The notes under the pieces are model-generated. The model made no database searches and was not told the origin of the DNA. It saw only the letters and a program-made list of their open reading frames with translations. From contig CAXBMO010000009.1 of assembly GCA_963977015.1 (NCBI GenBank), forward strand, positions 160,001 through 224,000: a stretch of 64,000 bases of DNA, in the 5' to 3' direction. The position numbers and the translations under genes are program-made. Shown one piece after another: positions 10,419-20,095 of this stretch (position 1 is its first letter; every line of letters begins with the position of its first letter). Source of the DNA: an uncultured bacterium (GTDB lineage: Bacteria > Verrucomicrobiota > Verrucomicrobiia > Verrucomicrobiales > DEV007).

Positions 10419-11240
10419 ATGGAATTTCTCAAGCCGGTGTTTCGGATCATCCTGGTCCTGCTCGTCGTTGTTCCGCTTCTCATTTACCTGGTGCAGGCCA
10501 AATTGATTTATTTTCCCCGGACCTACGGCAACTACGGAACCTATCTGCGGCGCGTTGAGCATTTGAAGTTCGAGAATCGCGGCAAATCCCAGACCGCGTT
10601 TCTCATCAACAAGGGTCATGAGCCGATTGAGAGAGTTTGGTGGGTTTTCGGCGGGAATGGCTCGCTCGCGCTCGATTGGCTTGATCAAATTGAAGCGGTC
10701 AATGCTCCCGGAGTCATCTTTGTCATGGTCGATTATCCCGGTTACGGCATTTGTGAAGGCCGTCCCAATCCCTCTTCCATTCGGCGTTCGATTGATCGCC
10801 TTATTCCGGTGGTCGCAAAACGCTTGAACCTTTCCGAGGAACTGTTGCTGCAGAAATCCGCGACACTGGGCCATTCACTCGGGGCGGCGGTTGCCCTGGA
10901 AATGGCGGCGCGTTTTGACCTTCAGTTGGTGGTCGCGATTTCGCCATTCACCACAATGAAAGCGATGGCGTCGCGAACGGTCGGACCGGTTTTGTCGAAT
11001 TTGTTAACCCATCGCTATGACAACCTCAGTTCCCTTCGCTCCCTCCACGAGAAAGGAACGGCACAGGTCTTGATGTTTCACGGCGATCGCGACCAAATCG
11101 TTCCGTTTGAGATGGGCAAACAGCTCAGCCAGAATTTTTCGGCGGTGGTGAAGTTTCAGTCCGTCCCCGGGGCGGGACATAACGACATCATCAACTTCCT
11201 TGAGGAAGAACTTACCCGGGTCATCTCCCACGGAAGTTGA
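10419..11240 (+). CDS. Alpha/beta hydrolase with N-terminal membrane anchor
   Basis: DYPGYG, nucleophile elbow GHSLG, HGDRDQIVP, GAGHND. Confidence 0.88.
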   Translation: MEFLKPVFRIILVLLVVVPLLIYLVQAKLIYFPRTYGNYGTYLRRVEHLKFENRGKSQTAFLINKGHEPIERVWWVFGGNGSLALDWLDQIEAVNAPGVIFVMVDYPGYGICEGRPNPSSIRRSIDRLIPVVAKRLNLSEELLLQKSATLGHSLGAAVALEMAARFDLQLVVAISPFTTMKAMASRTVGPVLSNLLTHRYDNLSSLRSLHEKGTAQVLMFHGDRDQIVPFEMGKQLSQNFSAVVKFQSVPGAGHNDIINFLEEELTRVISHGS

Positions 11241-12535
11241 CTTTTGTTAGGATATGTTTACTTCTTAGTGGTATTAATTCTCGAATCCATCGCTTTTTTG
11301 GGCGTTGCCTCTTTTTCTCCGCTCCTTTCTGGATCTGCGCATCCCTTCAGGCTGAGGTCCGGTCTTTCACGGTCGATTCCGACGTTGAATTTGCCGTCTC
11401 CCACAATCTGGAGCTTCAAGCTGCTCGGCAACGAATCGCGATCGCGGAATCAAACCTTAAATGGTCGGGTAGATTGGCGGATCCGGAGATTGAGATTGGC
11501 GGGAGCATTGATCAGTTTGGATTGAACGACGACGAAAGCGTCTGGGAAGTCGCCATCGCGCAGGAGTTTCCCCTGACCCACCGGTTGGCACGGGAACGCG
11601 ATCTTTCCGCTGCGGATCTGGCCCTCGCCCAAGCCGAAGTGCGGATGAAGGAATGGGAATTTGCGGCGATCGTCCGGCGCGACGCGATCGACGCCCTGGC
11701 CATCAAAACCAAGGCCGATTTGCAGGAGCAGCTTCGAGCGGGAGCCGAGGAAGTGGCCAGCGCCATCAAACAAGCGTTTCAAGCGGCCGAAGCCTCCCAA
11801 CTCGACGTCACCGACTCGGAATTGGAACTGAGAAGCCAGATTGACGAGTCCCGGCGACTGCGGGCTCAGGAAATTGAAGCCAACGGCAAGCTCCGCAGTC
11901 ACATGAGTTTGCCTCCTGATGCGACCGTCAACATGGCGGGGCGTTTGGGCATTTCCTCCAGGTTTGTTCCGATTACGATCACCGATGAGGTGCTTTCGCG
12001 CCGACCGGATTTGCAGCTGCACATGCTGAAGGAGGGACGAGCCGAAGCGGCAATTGCCCTGGCCAAATCCCAGCGCTGGCAGGACGTTGCCGTAAAATTG
12101 TTCATGGAGCGTGAAGCCGGCGTCGACGAGCCCGACGGTTTGGAGCGCAACACCTTTTTGGGAATCGGCTTGTCGTTTCAACTTCCGCTTCGCACACCGG
12201 TTGATCGGTTGACGGCGGAACCGCGCGGCGAACTAGCAATGGCCAAAGCCACCACCGCGGCGTTGGCGGCTCAAATTCGCAATGAAATCGCGACCGCCAA
12301 CCAAATCGCGGCCGAGCGTCACCGGATCTGGCAACAAGCCAGCGGAGAAACGCTGCAATTGGCACGACGCCACGTCAGCGAAGTGAACGAAGCGTGGCAA
12401 ATCGGCAAGGTCGACTTTTTCCGCCTTCGTCAGGCTCAGGAACGGGCTCTCAATCTGGAAAAAATTGCGGTCGAAAGTTTGCGGGATTTTCACCAGGCCC
12501 GGGCCGAACTTCAGTTCGCCGCCGCGCTGCCTTAA
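11237..12535 (+). CDS. TolC-family outer membrane efflux protein (CzcC-like); start uncertain
   Basis: Two OEP-like repeats: AVSHNLELQAAR...DPEIEIG and RRPDLQ...A..ALAK..RWQDV...GLSFQLP. Confidence 0.82.
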   Translation: MTFVRICLLLSGINSRIHRFFGRCLFFSAPFWICASLQAEVRSFTVDSDVEFAVSHNLELQAARQRIAIAESNLKWSGRLADPEIEIGGSIDQFGLNDDESVWEVAIAQEFPLTHRLARERDLSAADLALAQAEVRMKEWEFAAIVRRDAIDALAIKTKADLQEQLRAGAEEVASAIKQAFQAAEASQLDVTDSELELRSQIDESRRLRAQEIEANGKLRSHMSLPPDATVNMAGRLGISSRFVPITITDEVLSRRPDLQLHMLKEGRAEAAIALAKSQRWQDVAVKLFMEREAGVDEPDGLERNTFLGIGLSFQLPLRTPVDRLTAEPRGELAMAKATTAALAAQIRNEIATANQIAAERHRIWQQASGETLQLARRHVSEVNEAWQIGKVDFFRLRQAQERALNLEKIAVESLRDFHQARAELQFAAALP

Positions 12536-12622
12536 TTTCTGCATTCCGTTTTTCGCCGGCCGCGTATATCATTGAAGAATATGCCAAGTTCGCCCCGTGT
12601 GATTGGCTGTACATTATCATCG

Positions 12623-13930
12623 ATGAAAGCCCTGCTATCCAACTCCGGAGAACTCACTCGTCGCCGTTTCGTCTCCAACGCAGCCAAAACCCTGCTCGGA
12701 GTTTCCACCCTCCCGGCAAGCATGATGTTCGGGAACTCGGTTCTGGCGGCAGGCAAAGGCGCTTCGGCACTCAAGCAGGTCCAAACCGCGAAACGCGTCA
12801 TTTACGTCTACCTGAGCGGTGGGATGAGCCATCTCGACACCTTTGACCCGAAACCGGGCCAGGAAGTGATGGGGCCGACCCGCGCGATCAAGACCAAAAC
12901 GGACGGCATCCAGATTAGCGAATATCTTCCGCGACTGGCGCGACTGTCCGAGAAACTGGCCATCATTCGTTCCCTCAGCTCCACACAGGGTGCCCACAAA
13001 CAGGGTAACTACATGATGCACACCAGTTACGAGCTGCGCAGCTCGATCCGGCACCCCGCCATGGGAGCCTGGATGCTGAAGTTCCAGAAGAACGACAATC
13101 CCGCGCTTCCCGGCAATATCATGATTGGAAACGACAGCCAGCACCCGGGCGCCGGGTTCTTTGAGTCGCGGCTCAATCCGTTGATGATCAGCGATCCGGA
13201 GGGAGGCTTGAAGAACAGCCAACGCATCAAACGGCTGGATGAGGAGACGTTCACCCGCCAGATCAGCATGGCGGAGAAACTCGATGCCGGATTCGTCCAA
13301 AAATACGATCAAAAGAATGTCCGCGCCTACAGCGACATGTATGACGATGCGTTGAAGTTGATGCAGAGTAAGGATTTGGCCGCCTTTGACATCAAGCAGG
13401 AGCCGGAAGGCCTTCGGGAACGCTACGGCAAGGATCGATTCGGCCAGGGAATGCTGCTCGCGCGCCGATTGGCGGAGAATGGCGTTCGGTTCGTCGAAGT
13501 TTCCTTGGGCGGATGGGACACCCACAATGCCAACTTCGTGAACCTGCCCGAAAAAGCGGAAGAACTCGATCAGGCGTTGTCCGCGTTGCTGGTCGATCTC
13601 GAGCGGCGTGGCATGCTCGATTCAACCCTCGTTGTCCTCGCGACCGAATTCGGCCGAACCCCGGAAATCAACTCCAATGAAGGCCGGGATCACCATCCTC
13701 AGGCGTTTTCCTGCCTGTTGGCAGGTGGCGGTATTCGGGGGGGGCAGGTTTGGGGCCAAACCGACCAAACAGGGAGCAAAATCGTCGATGGAAAGATTAC
13801 GATTCCGGATTTCAACGCGACGATCGCCTATGCGCTCGGGCTCCCGCTGGATCATGTGTTGTATTCCCCATCCATGCGCCCGTTTACGGTGGCAGACAAA
13901 GGAAAGCCGTTGGCTTCCCTGTTTGGATAG
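12623..13930 (+). CDS. DUF1501 family protein with Tat-like signal
   Basis: TRRRFV, GGMSHLDTFDPKP, LLARRLAE.GVRFVEV, GWDTH, EFGRTP, GRDH. Confidence 0.9.
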   Translation: MKALLSNSGELTRRRFVSNAAKTLLGVSTLPASMMFGNSVLAAGKGASALKQVQTAKRVIYVYLSGGMSHLDTFDPKPGQEVMGPTRAIKTKTDGIQISEYLPRLARLSEKLAIIRSLSSTQGAHKQGNYMMHTSYELRSSIRHPAMGAWMLKFQKNDNPALPGNIMIGNDSQHPGAGFFESRLNPLMISDPEGGLKNSQRIKRLDEETFTRQISMAEKLDAGFVQKYDQKNVRAYSDMYDDALKLMQSKDLAAFDIKQEPEGLRERYGKDRFGQGMLLARRLAENGVRFVEVSLGGWDTHNANFVNLPEKAEELDQALSALLVDLERRGMLDSTLVVLATEFGRTPEINSNEGRDHHPQAFSCLLAGGGIRGGQVWGQTDQTGSKIVDGKITIPDFNATIAYALGLPLDHVLYSPSMRPFTVADKGKPLASLFG

Positions 13931-14013
13931 ATTTCGCCGTCACCGCTCCATTTGACTCTCCCAGAAGTCGAATTTGACCTATACGAACGCGAGAAGTATG
14001 GCTAACGTACCTC

Positions 14014-16233
14014 GTGTCTGACCCTAACCAAAAGACGACCCGATTCTTTTGGATTCCCGTGGCAATGTCCGGGACGGGAGCAGTGTTGGCGTGGACCGTG
14101 GCGGGGTTTCAGGCGGCGGCAGGAAACTGGCCGATGTTTGTGTGTTTGCTGCTGGGTGGGCTCCTCAGCGCAGGGGCTGCCGCTTTTTTCCGGGTCAGCT
14201 TGTCGAAAGAACATCACGAAGCGATCGAGGCCATTCGACAGCGAGACGTTGAGCATGAACAGCTTAAGGGACTGAAGAGCGAGTTGGAGACGGAAGCCTT
14301 GGCCTTCGAGCGACGTCGGCAAAAATTCGAGGACCGGCTGATGACCTATCACGAATGGCTCGAGTTCCCCAACATGGAGGAGATCTCCAAGGCCGAGGAG
14401 GTGAACGATGAGATTGATGCCCGGGATAAAGAGGTCCTCGCGCTCGTCCAGGAAGCCGCAGACTCGATTTTCGAAGGCTTTCGCAAAGACCGCTACAGCA
14501 AGGATGGCCAGTTTGTTCCCCGGCTCCTGACCGATGAGGTGCTGCTTTTCGTGACCGACATTGCCCGGGTTTACCAGCCAGATGCCAAAGAACCGCTTTT
14601 GGAAACCAGTGTCGAAAAGCTGCTCAAGTCGCTGAACCACATTTCCCTCCAACTGCTCTTCCAGTTGGAGCAACTGCCCTTGAACGTGAAGGATTACAGT
14701 TTGGCGAAGGCTTACGAGCACATTCGGACCGGGGCTCGCGTTTACGACGCCTACAAGTCGGTGAGCCCCTATCTCCCCTATGCCAGTTACACGTGGAATC
14801 TCGGCCGCATGGTGCTCGGCTTTGCCAACCCGGTGCTGACGGGCACCTGGATGTTGGGCTCCGAGATTGTGCGGCGAACCGGCCAGAAAATTTCGCAGCA
14901 ATACATCGACCGCTACTCACTGAAGCTTACCGGCGAAGCGATCCGGATCATCGCCAACGAAACCGCGATGACGTTTGACGAAAATTTTCGTTATCGCGAT
15001 CCCAACTGGGTCTACGGCCTCGAGCTCACCGAGATGGTTTACCAGTTTCCACTCTCTCGCGAGACCTTGCAGCAGGCACTCTGTGAGATTGGGAATCTCC
15101 CGCTGCGAAATAGTTACGACCGGGTATTTCTCTACCGCTGCCTTGCATCCGGGCGCAGCCCCAAGCCCCAGACCTTTGTGAAGCAGGAAGCACTCACTGC
15201 TGAGCAACGGCGTCAGATTGTGGAACGGCTGGAACGGTTTTTCCGCCACCACGTCCATGGCCGCAGACACGATCGCGTCGCCGCGTGGTCCGCCGGCGCC
15301 AGCGAACGTCTCGGCATGCCGCTCAAAGTGCTGGATGGAGGTTCCCAGACCGTATCTGAACGTGATTTGGGCAGCGCGTTGGCGTCGTTGGGGGCCTTCC
15401 TGTCTGCGGTCAAGGAAATGCCGCCTCCCGAGATGAGGGAGAAGCTGCTCGAATGTCAGGTCTCAGCCGAGTTCGCCCCCGAACTCCGCGACGAAGTGAT
15501 CGATGATCTTGTCGAACGACCTCCGATGTTTTTCGATTTTCCCGATTTGGATCCTGAGAACCCTCTGGTTCCGGTCTATTTTGAGGATCTGATGCGGTTG
15601 GAGACGGAAGTTCGGCCGGAAGACTTGCAGGGGCTTTGGGCCATTCGCGAAGCGGCTGAGTATTTTCGCCGCGACCGCCCAGCTCTTGAAGGACAGCTGT
15701 TCAAGGCTTATGCGGAACGGTTGGGCCGACTCCTTGATCCCGAATCCCCCGAGCAGACGCTCCATCCTCAGTTGATTATGGCGCTGCCACGCATCCTGGA
15801 CCGGGAAGAGTTCCCCAGCTTTATCTACGCGAAGATCGGGGCAGAGGACGAGTCCGAACCTTCAGCGCTGGCATCCATCCGGTTGCCCGGCCTCGGGAAT
15901 TCGAAGATCCATCGCTGGCTGGTTGGATCAGAGAAGCGACTCATCGTAGTGGAAGTTCGAGAGGGGCTCGAACTGGATGACTACAACCGGTTTCAGATTC
16001 TTTGGACGCTTGCCGAAGACGATCCACTCCTCGAAGACGTGACGCTTGACCGTTCCAAGACATTGATGAAAACACAAGTCGTCATCCGCGGTGGAAGGTG
16101 GCTGACTTCGAATCGCCGCTCGTCAGAGAAGAGTCTGATTGGATTGCGGATTCAAGGCGACAAGCTGAAAGGCTACGAATCCCATTTCGGCCCCTTGCTC
16201 CGTTGGTTTGAGAAAAAGAACGTGGAGGTCTGA
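14014..16233 (+). CDS. Hypothetical membrane-anchored protein (two N-terminal TM segments, coiled coil, helical body)
   Basis: 739-aa ORF with a hydrophobic N-terminus, followed by a terminator hairpin. No motif recognised. Confidence 0.7.
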   Translation: MSDPNQKTTRFFWIPVAMSGTGAVLAWTVAGFQAAAGNWPMFVCLLLGGLLSAGAAAFFRVSLSKEHHEAIEAIRQRDVEHEQLKGLKSELETEALAFERRRQKFEDRLMTYHEWLEFPNMEEISKAEEVNDEIDARDKEVLALVQEAADSIFEGFRKDRYSKDGQFVPRLLTDEVLLFVTDIARVYQPDAKEPLLETSVEKLLKSLNHISLQLLFQLEQLPLNVKDYSLAKAYEHIRTGARVYDAYKSVSPYLPYASYTWNLGRMVLGFANPVLTGTWMLGSEIVRRTGQKISQQYIDRYSLKLTGEAIRIIANETAMTFDENFRYRDPNWVYGLELTEMVYQFPLSRETLQQALCEIGNLPLRNSYDRVFLYRCLASGRSPKPQTFVKQEALTAEQRRQIVERLERFFRHHVHGRRHDRVAAWSAGASERLGMPLKVLDGGSQTVSERDLGSALASLGAFLSAVKEMPPPEMREKLLECQVSAEFAPELRDEVIDDLVERPPMFFDFPDLDPENPLVPVYFEDLMRLETEVRPEDLQGLWAIREAAEYFRRDRPALEGQLFKAYAERLGRLLDPESPEQTLHPQLIMALPRILDREEFPSFIYAKIGAEDESEPSALASIRLPGLGNSKIHRWLVGSEKRLIVVEVREGLELDDYNRFQILWTLAEDDPLLEDVTLDRSKTLMKTQVVIRGGRWLTSNRRSSEKSLIGLRIQGDKLKGYESHFGPLLRWFEKKNVEV

Positions 16234-16248
16234 CCGGAAAAGAAGCAC

Positions 16249-16287
16249 AAAAAAAGCCGAGCGGAGAATTTCTCACGCTCGGCCTTT
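16249..16287. terminator. Intrinsic terminator between convergent genes
   Basis: GCCGAGCG-GAGA-ATT-TCTC-A-CGCTCGGC hairpin. An A7 run on the left gives a U-tract on the minus strand, and CTTT lies on the right. Confidence 0.8.
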
Positions 16288-16308
16288 GAAAAAAGTGTTA
16301 GCGGGTTG

Positions 16309-16482
16309 CTACTGAGTCTGCGGAAAAAAGCTTCCCATCGCAGCAGATCCTTCCCAGCCTTGAGGACTGTTTTGAGGAAGATTGCTCACATTGTCATCGT
16401 AGGGCTTGGGACCACTCGAACAACTAGCGAGAAATAAGGCAGCTCCAGCTGCAAGTGAAATGATGATGGAACGAACGTTCAT
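16309..16482 (-). CDS. Small lipoprotein
   Basis: MNVRSIIISLAAGAALFLASC lipobox. Start re-assigned to ATG 16482. Confidence 0.7.
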   Translation of the reverse strand: MNVRSIIISLAAGAALFLASCSSGPKPYDDNVSNLPQNSPQGWEGSAAMGSFFPQTQ

Positions 16483-16569
16483 GGGTTGGGGTAGGTTAGA
16501 ATTCAACGGATCCTATCACGACTCTTAAAGAGCGAAAGCAAAATTCGCCCTGCTCCAGCACTCGAACAA

Positions 16570-17349
16570 TCAGCGAGTGTTCTCGAAGATGACCTTGTCG
16601 CGCACCATGATTTGGGCTCCGGGACTAATCGTTCCCGGAATAATGTCAGCCACGGTCACCTTGGGCTCCACCGAAACGATTCGCAGGCGACCGATTCGGT
16701 CGACCCCACGCTGAACGAGAAGCGAAGCATCCGACGAGACACCAAGGTCTGACCCGACATTCACAATCACAAAGCCATACTCTCGATTGACGGCGATCAC
16801 GTCCGCTTCCATCCCGTTCAAAGCAACCTTCTCCCGGCGCTCTTTCTCTTCCTGAACGAGGTCTCCAATCCGGGACTCGTTCTTTTCAACCTTGTTGTTG
16901 GTGGAAACAATTTCCCCCCGCACTTGATCCAACTCCTGGCGTTGTTGATCCCGGCGCATCTTCTTACCTTCGAATTCCGCACGCACCGTTTCAGGGCGAC
17001 GGCCCATCAGCTTCTTCTCGAGCATCGCGAACTCTTCCAATTCCGCTTTCTTGCTATCAAATTGAGCAACCAAACGTTCAACCTCGGTGTTGGCGCGGCG
17101 AAGCGACTCCTGAGCCAGCGAAAGATTTGCACTGGCCTGGTCATTCGAAGTTTTCGCGACCATCAACTCTTGCTCGGCTGTTTCCAGATTCTGCTGCACT
17201 TCATCAAGGTCGGAAGTCAACTGGTTGAGCTTGACGGTGAGTTGGGCGTAAAGCTCTCGCTCTCCGGTGAGCTTTTTGTTGTTCAAGCCTGCAACAACTG
17301 CGGACGCGATGAGGGCCGCCATTGAAATGGCCATGAGAAACTTAATCAT
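16570..17349 (-). CDS. Membrane-anchored coiled-coil protein with a small C-terminal beta domain
   Basis: N-terminal TM, long heptad region, C-terminus YGFVIVNVG...EPKVTVADIIPG. Confidence 0.8.
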   Translation of the reverse strand: MIKFLMAISMAALIASAVVAGLNNKKLTGERELYAQLTVKLNQLTSDLDEVQQNLETAEQELMVAKTSNDQASANLSLAQESLRRANTEVERLVAQFDSKKAELEEFAMLEKKLMGRRPETVRAEFEGKKMRRDQQRQELDQVRGEIVSTNNKVEKNESRIGDLVQEEKERREKVALNGMEADVIAVNREYGFVIVNVGSDLGVSSDASLLVQRGVDRIGRLRIVSVEPKVTVADIIPGTISPGAQIMVRDKVIFENTR

Positions 17350-17397
17350 ATGGCTGGTAAGTTAGTTGAGTAATTTGGGGGAAAGTGAAGAACGGTT

Positions 17398-18186
17398 TTA
17401 CTGGAGTTTGACGGAAGCGAGCTTGGTTACGGAGTCACCAACCTGAACCATTTGTCCGGGAAGAAGCGATCCTGGAATAATGTCGGCAACGGCTTGGGTG
17501 GGCTCGATTTCGGTCACGAGAAGCTTGCAGATGGGTTTTCCCTGCCGGGAAACGTCGAGGGTCGCAGCCGGAACCAGCCCATCGGCATCTCCCGCTGAGA
17601 TCACGACAAAGCCCCAGTCGTTGTAGGCAGCTTTGATCGTGGAATTCAGATCCTTTGACATGATGCCAGCCTTGCGATTCTTGGCTTCGCTCTCGCGGCG
17701 GTCAATTTCCCGCTGCGTCTCTTCCTGCTTCGCATTGGCAACCGCCAAAAGATTACTCGCGTTGTTGATATCGTCCTGCAGCATTTGGCTTTCCTGCTCA
17801 ACCTCAGCGATTTGGCGATCAATGGTCTCGATCTGAGTTCCAATCTCCTTGAGTTGGTTGAAACCGGCGATCTTGTCGTTGGCAGCGGCAATGTCGTCGT
17901 TCAGTTGCTGCTTGCGGAGATTCATTTCGGAAACCTGGGTCTCGGTTGCGGCCAACTGCGTGGTTTTCGCTTCGGTATCCTGTTCCAGAGTCCGGATTTC
18001 CATCTGCGTGTTGGCGAGTTCGTCGCGCTTGCGGACCAAATTCTCCTCGGTTCGCTGAACTCGACCTTCCTGAGCTTCGCGCTCTGCGATCTGGGCTTTG
18101 AGGGCTTGGCCGTTATCGTATGACAGCCACACAGAGGCCAGCGCCGGGATGGCAGCGACGAGAAGGAGGACTTTCCAAGGTTCCAT
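17398..18186 (-). CDS. Membrane-anchored coiled-coil protein, paralogue of 16570-17349
   Basis: Same architecture. C-terminus WGFVVISAG...EPTQAVADIIPG. Confidence 0.8.
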   Translation of the reverse strand: MEPWKVLLLVAAIPALASVWLSYDNGQALKAQIAEREAQEGRVQRTEENLVRKRDELANTQMEIRTLEQDTEAKTTQLAATETQVSEMNLRKQQLNDDIAAANDKIAGFNQLKEIGTQIETIDRQIAEVEQESQMLQDDINNASNLLAVANAKQEETQREIDRRESEAKNRKAGIMSKDLNSTIKAAYNDWGFVVISAGDADGLVPAATLDVSRQGKPICKLLVTEIEPTQAVADIIPGSLLPGQMVQVGDSVTKLASVKLQ

Positions 18187-18493
18187 AACTATTTAGAGAG
18201 GTAAATGATGAGAGATTAAGGGCGCTTTAGAATACAGGAAGGGCCAGTTGAAACACAATCGTAAAATTTTTGCAACTGTACTCCCAATTTTTTATTGCTC
18301 TCAATTCGGGTTTCAAAGGGCGATTTCCGGTGAAGTCGCAGGTTCTACTAGGAAGTCGGGGGTTTTCCTAGCTTTTTCTTTTTAGATTTCGCAGAACCTC
18401 GCCACAGGGCCCGAAAAGGGACCTGCGTTGTTTTATTAAAAACAGAGGACAAATTCAGGTTGTTAGACAAAAATTTCGGTTTCATATTCAGGG

Positions 18494-18591
18494 GTCTGTC
18501 AGAGACCATGGATTGTCGGTTTGTGAACCCCGCCAGGCCCTGACGGGAGCAACGGTAGCATGTCCTGCATTGCTGTGGCTTTCTGGCAGGC
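18494..18591 (+). ncRNA. ffs: Small bacterial signal recognition particle RNA (4.5S)
   Basis: Conserved core GTGAACCCCGCCAGGCCC-TGAC-GGGAGCAACGGTAGC. The 5' GTCTGTCAGAGA pairs with the 3' TTTCTGGCAGGC, and a T-run follows. Confidence 0.88.
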
Positions 18592-18675
18592 ATTTTTCAT
18601 CCTCCCGGCCGGCAGCCGATCATGGGAAAGGCGGAAATTCTTCCCCAAAATTCTCCCCGAACCCACCGTGTTTTT

Positions 18676-19500
18676 TTACGGAGCCTCTTCTCCCTTCAAT
18701 TGAAACGCGCCGGCTTTTCGCCCCAACTCCACTCCCCGCTCCGGATCGGTAACGTCCGTGAGTTCAACGAGAGACAGATTGAGCAGTGACGCTCTTGCTC
18801 CGCGTTCTTTGCGAATCACCTGCTCCGCAGCAAGCCGACTCAACGCCAGCGGCGAGTAGCCGTCGCCAACGTCCAGATTCATGGATTGGCGCATTTCAAA
18901 GTGGAGATGGGCCAGATAGTTCCCATTTCCGGTTCCAACGGTGCCAATCTGCTGCCCACGATTCACGAGATCACCGACGGTGACCCGCATGGTGTCCAAA
19001 TGCGCGTAGACCGTTTGGAAAACGCGGTCGTCCGCTCCGCGATGCTGCAGAATGATGATTTTTCCCCACTTTTCAGACGCCTCTGCCGCATACATCACCC
19101 GCCCATTCCCTACGGCAAAAACGGGATCCCCCAGATCAGAGTCTTCCCCTCCAATCCCGTTCAAATCCTCGCCGAGATGCCCGACTTCGCGAAATGGCCT
19201 CGCGTTGTAGGTCATCGCCGCGTGCTCACTCCCCAGTGGTTGATCCAGCCGAGCCGCACGCGGAACTTGAGCCATCTCGAGCGGCGACGGCAACACCAGC
19301 CCGGTCCTGAGAAGCTCCAACGCCTCACCTTTCGTTTCCGTAAGAATCAATCCGACCCGATTTGGACTTGGATACTCCGGCTTGATCGCCAAATGCCGAA
19401 TCAGGTTCCCAAAAGCCATCAGGAAAAAAACGAGCATCACGATCTTTGGAACAATCTTGGATGGATGCGGGAGCGAAGGCTGGTTCAAATCAAAGGCCAC
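18676..19500 (-). CDS. M23 family metallopeptidase with N-terminal TM
   Basis: HLGEDLN (HxxxD), YAHLD, GQQIGTVG, HLHFE. Confidence 0.88.
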   Translation of the reverse strand: MAFDLNQPSLPHPSKIVPKIVMLVFFLMAFGNLIRHLAIKPEYPSPNRVGLILTETKGEALELLRTGLVLPSPLEMAQVPRAARLDQPLGSEHAAMTYNARPFREVGHLGEDLNGIGGEDSDLGDPVFAVGNGRVMYAAEASEKWGKIIILQHRGADDRVFQTVYAHLDTMRVTVGDLVNRGQQIGTVGTGNGNYLAHLHFEMRQSMNLDVGDGYSPLALSRLAAEQVIRKERGARASLLNLSLVELTDVTDPERGVELGRKAGAFQLKGEEAP

Positions 19501-19632
19501 AAATTGGAGTCTCTCCGTTCCCGATCAAATTTCAAGTTCCGTCGCTGGATGGGACCGCGCCTTCCGAAATTTTCTGAATCGGGAAAAGACCCGGCATTGA
19601 CGGTTGGCCGTGTAAAGCTAGGGTTTCAGAAC

Positions 19633-20094
19633 GTGGACAAGACCGTAAGTGAAAAAGTCGATGCCTTTCTTCAACTCAAAGGGCTGCGCCGTACCAACCA
19701 GAGGGACGTGATCATCCGAGCCGCTTTTGGCACGCATGACCATTTCACTGCGGAGGAGTTGTGGGAAATGGCGCGCAAGCTCGACTCAACAACCTCCCGA
19801 GCCACCCTGTATCGTACCCTCTCCCTTCTGGTCGAAAGCGGCTTGCTTCGAGAAATTGATCTGGGCAGGGATCAGAAATGCTATGACCCGAATTTCGTCG
19901 ATTCGCCGCACCATAACCACCTGATCTGCACCGATTGCCAAAATGTGTTCGAGTTTGAGGACACGCACCTTGAAGTGCTGGAGGACTGCATCGCCCGCCG
20001 GATGGGCTTTTCGCCCTCCAACAAAGGCGTTCGGGTCGAGGCCAGTTGCGACCAACTGCAACAGACCGGAAAATGCGACCGGAAAGGTCAGTAG
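19633..20094 (+). CDS. fur: Fur-family transcriptional regulator
   Basis: GLRRTNQR, HFTAEEL, SRATLYRTL, HHNHLICTDC and a C-terminal Cys. True start taken at GTG 19633, in frame with the ORF called at 18886. Confidence 0.9.
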   Translation: MDKTVSEKVDAFLQLKGLRRTNQRDVIIRAAFGTHDHFTAEELWEMARKLDSTTSRATLYRTLSLLVESGLLREIDLGRDQKCYDPNFVDSPHHNHLICTDCQNVFEFEDTHLEVLEDCIARRMGFSPSNKGVRVEASCDQLQQTGKCDRKGQ

Positions 20095-20095
20095 A

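Noticed and set aside
330-13930. Orphan histidine kinase, TolC and DUF1501 genes lacking their usual partners
   Set aside because: Dispersed partners are common in these genomes and may lie outside the window, so this is not informative.
18886-19632. Long N-terminal extension of Fur in the ORF track
   Set aside because: It is mostly antisense to the M23 peptidase. Fur homology starts at about GTG 19633.
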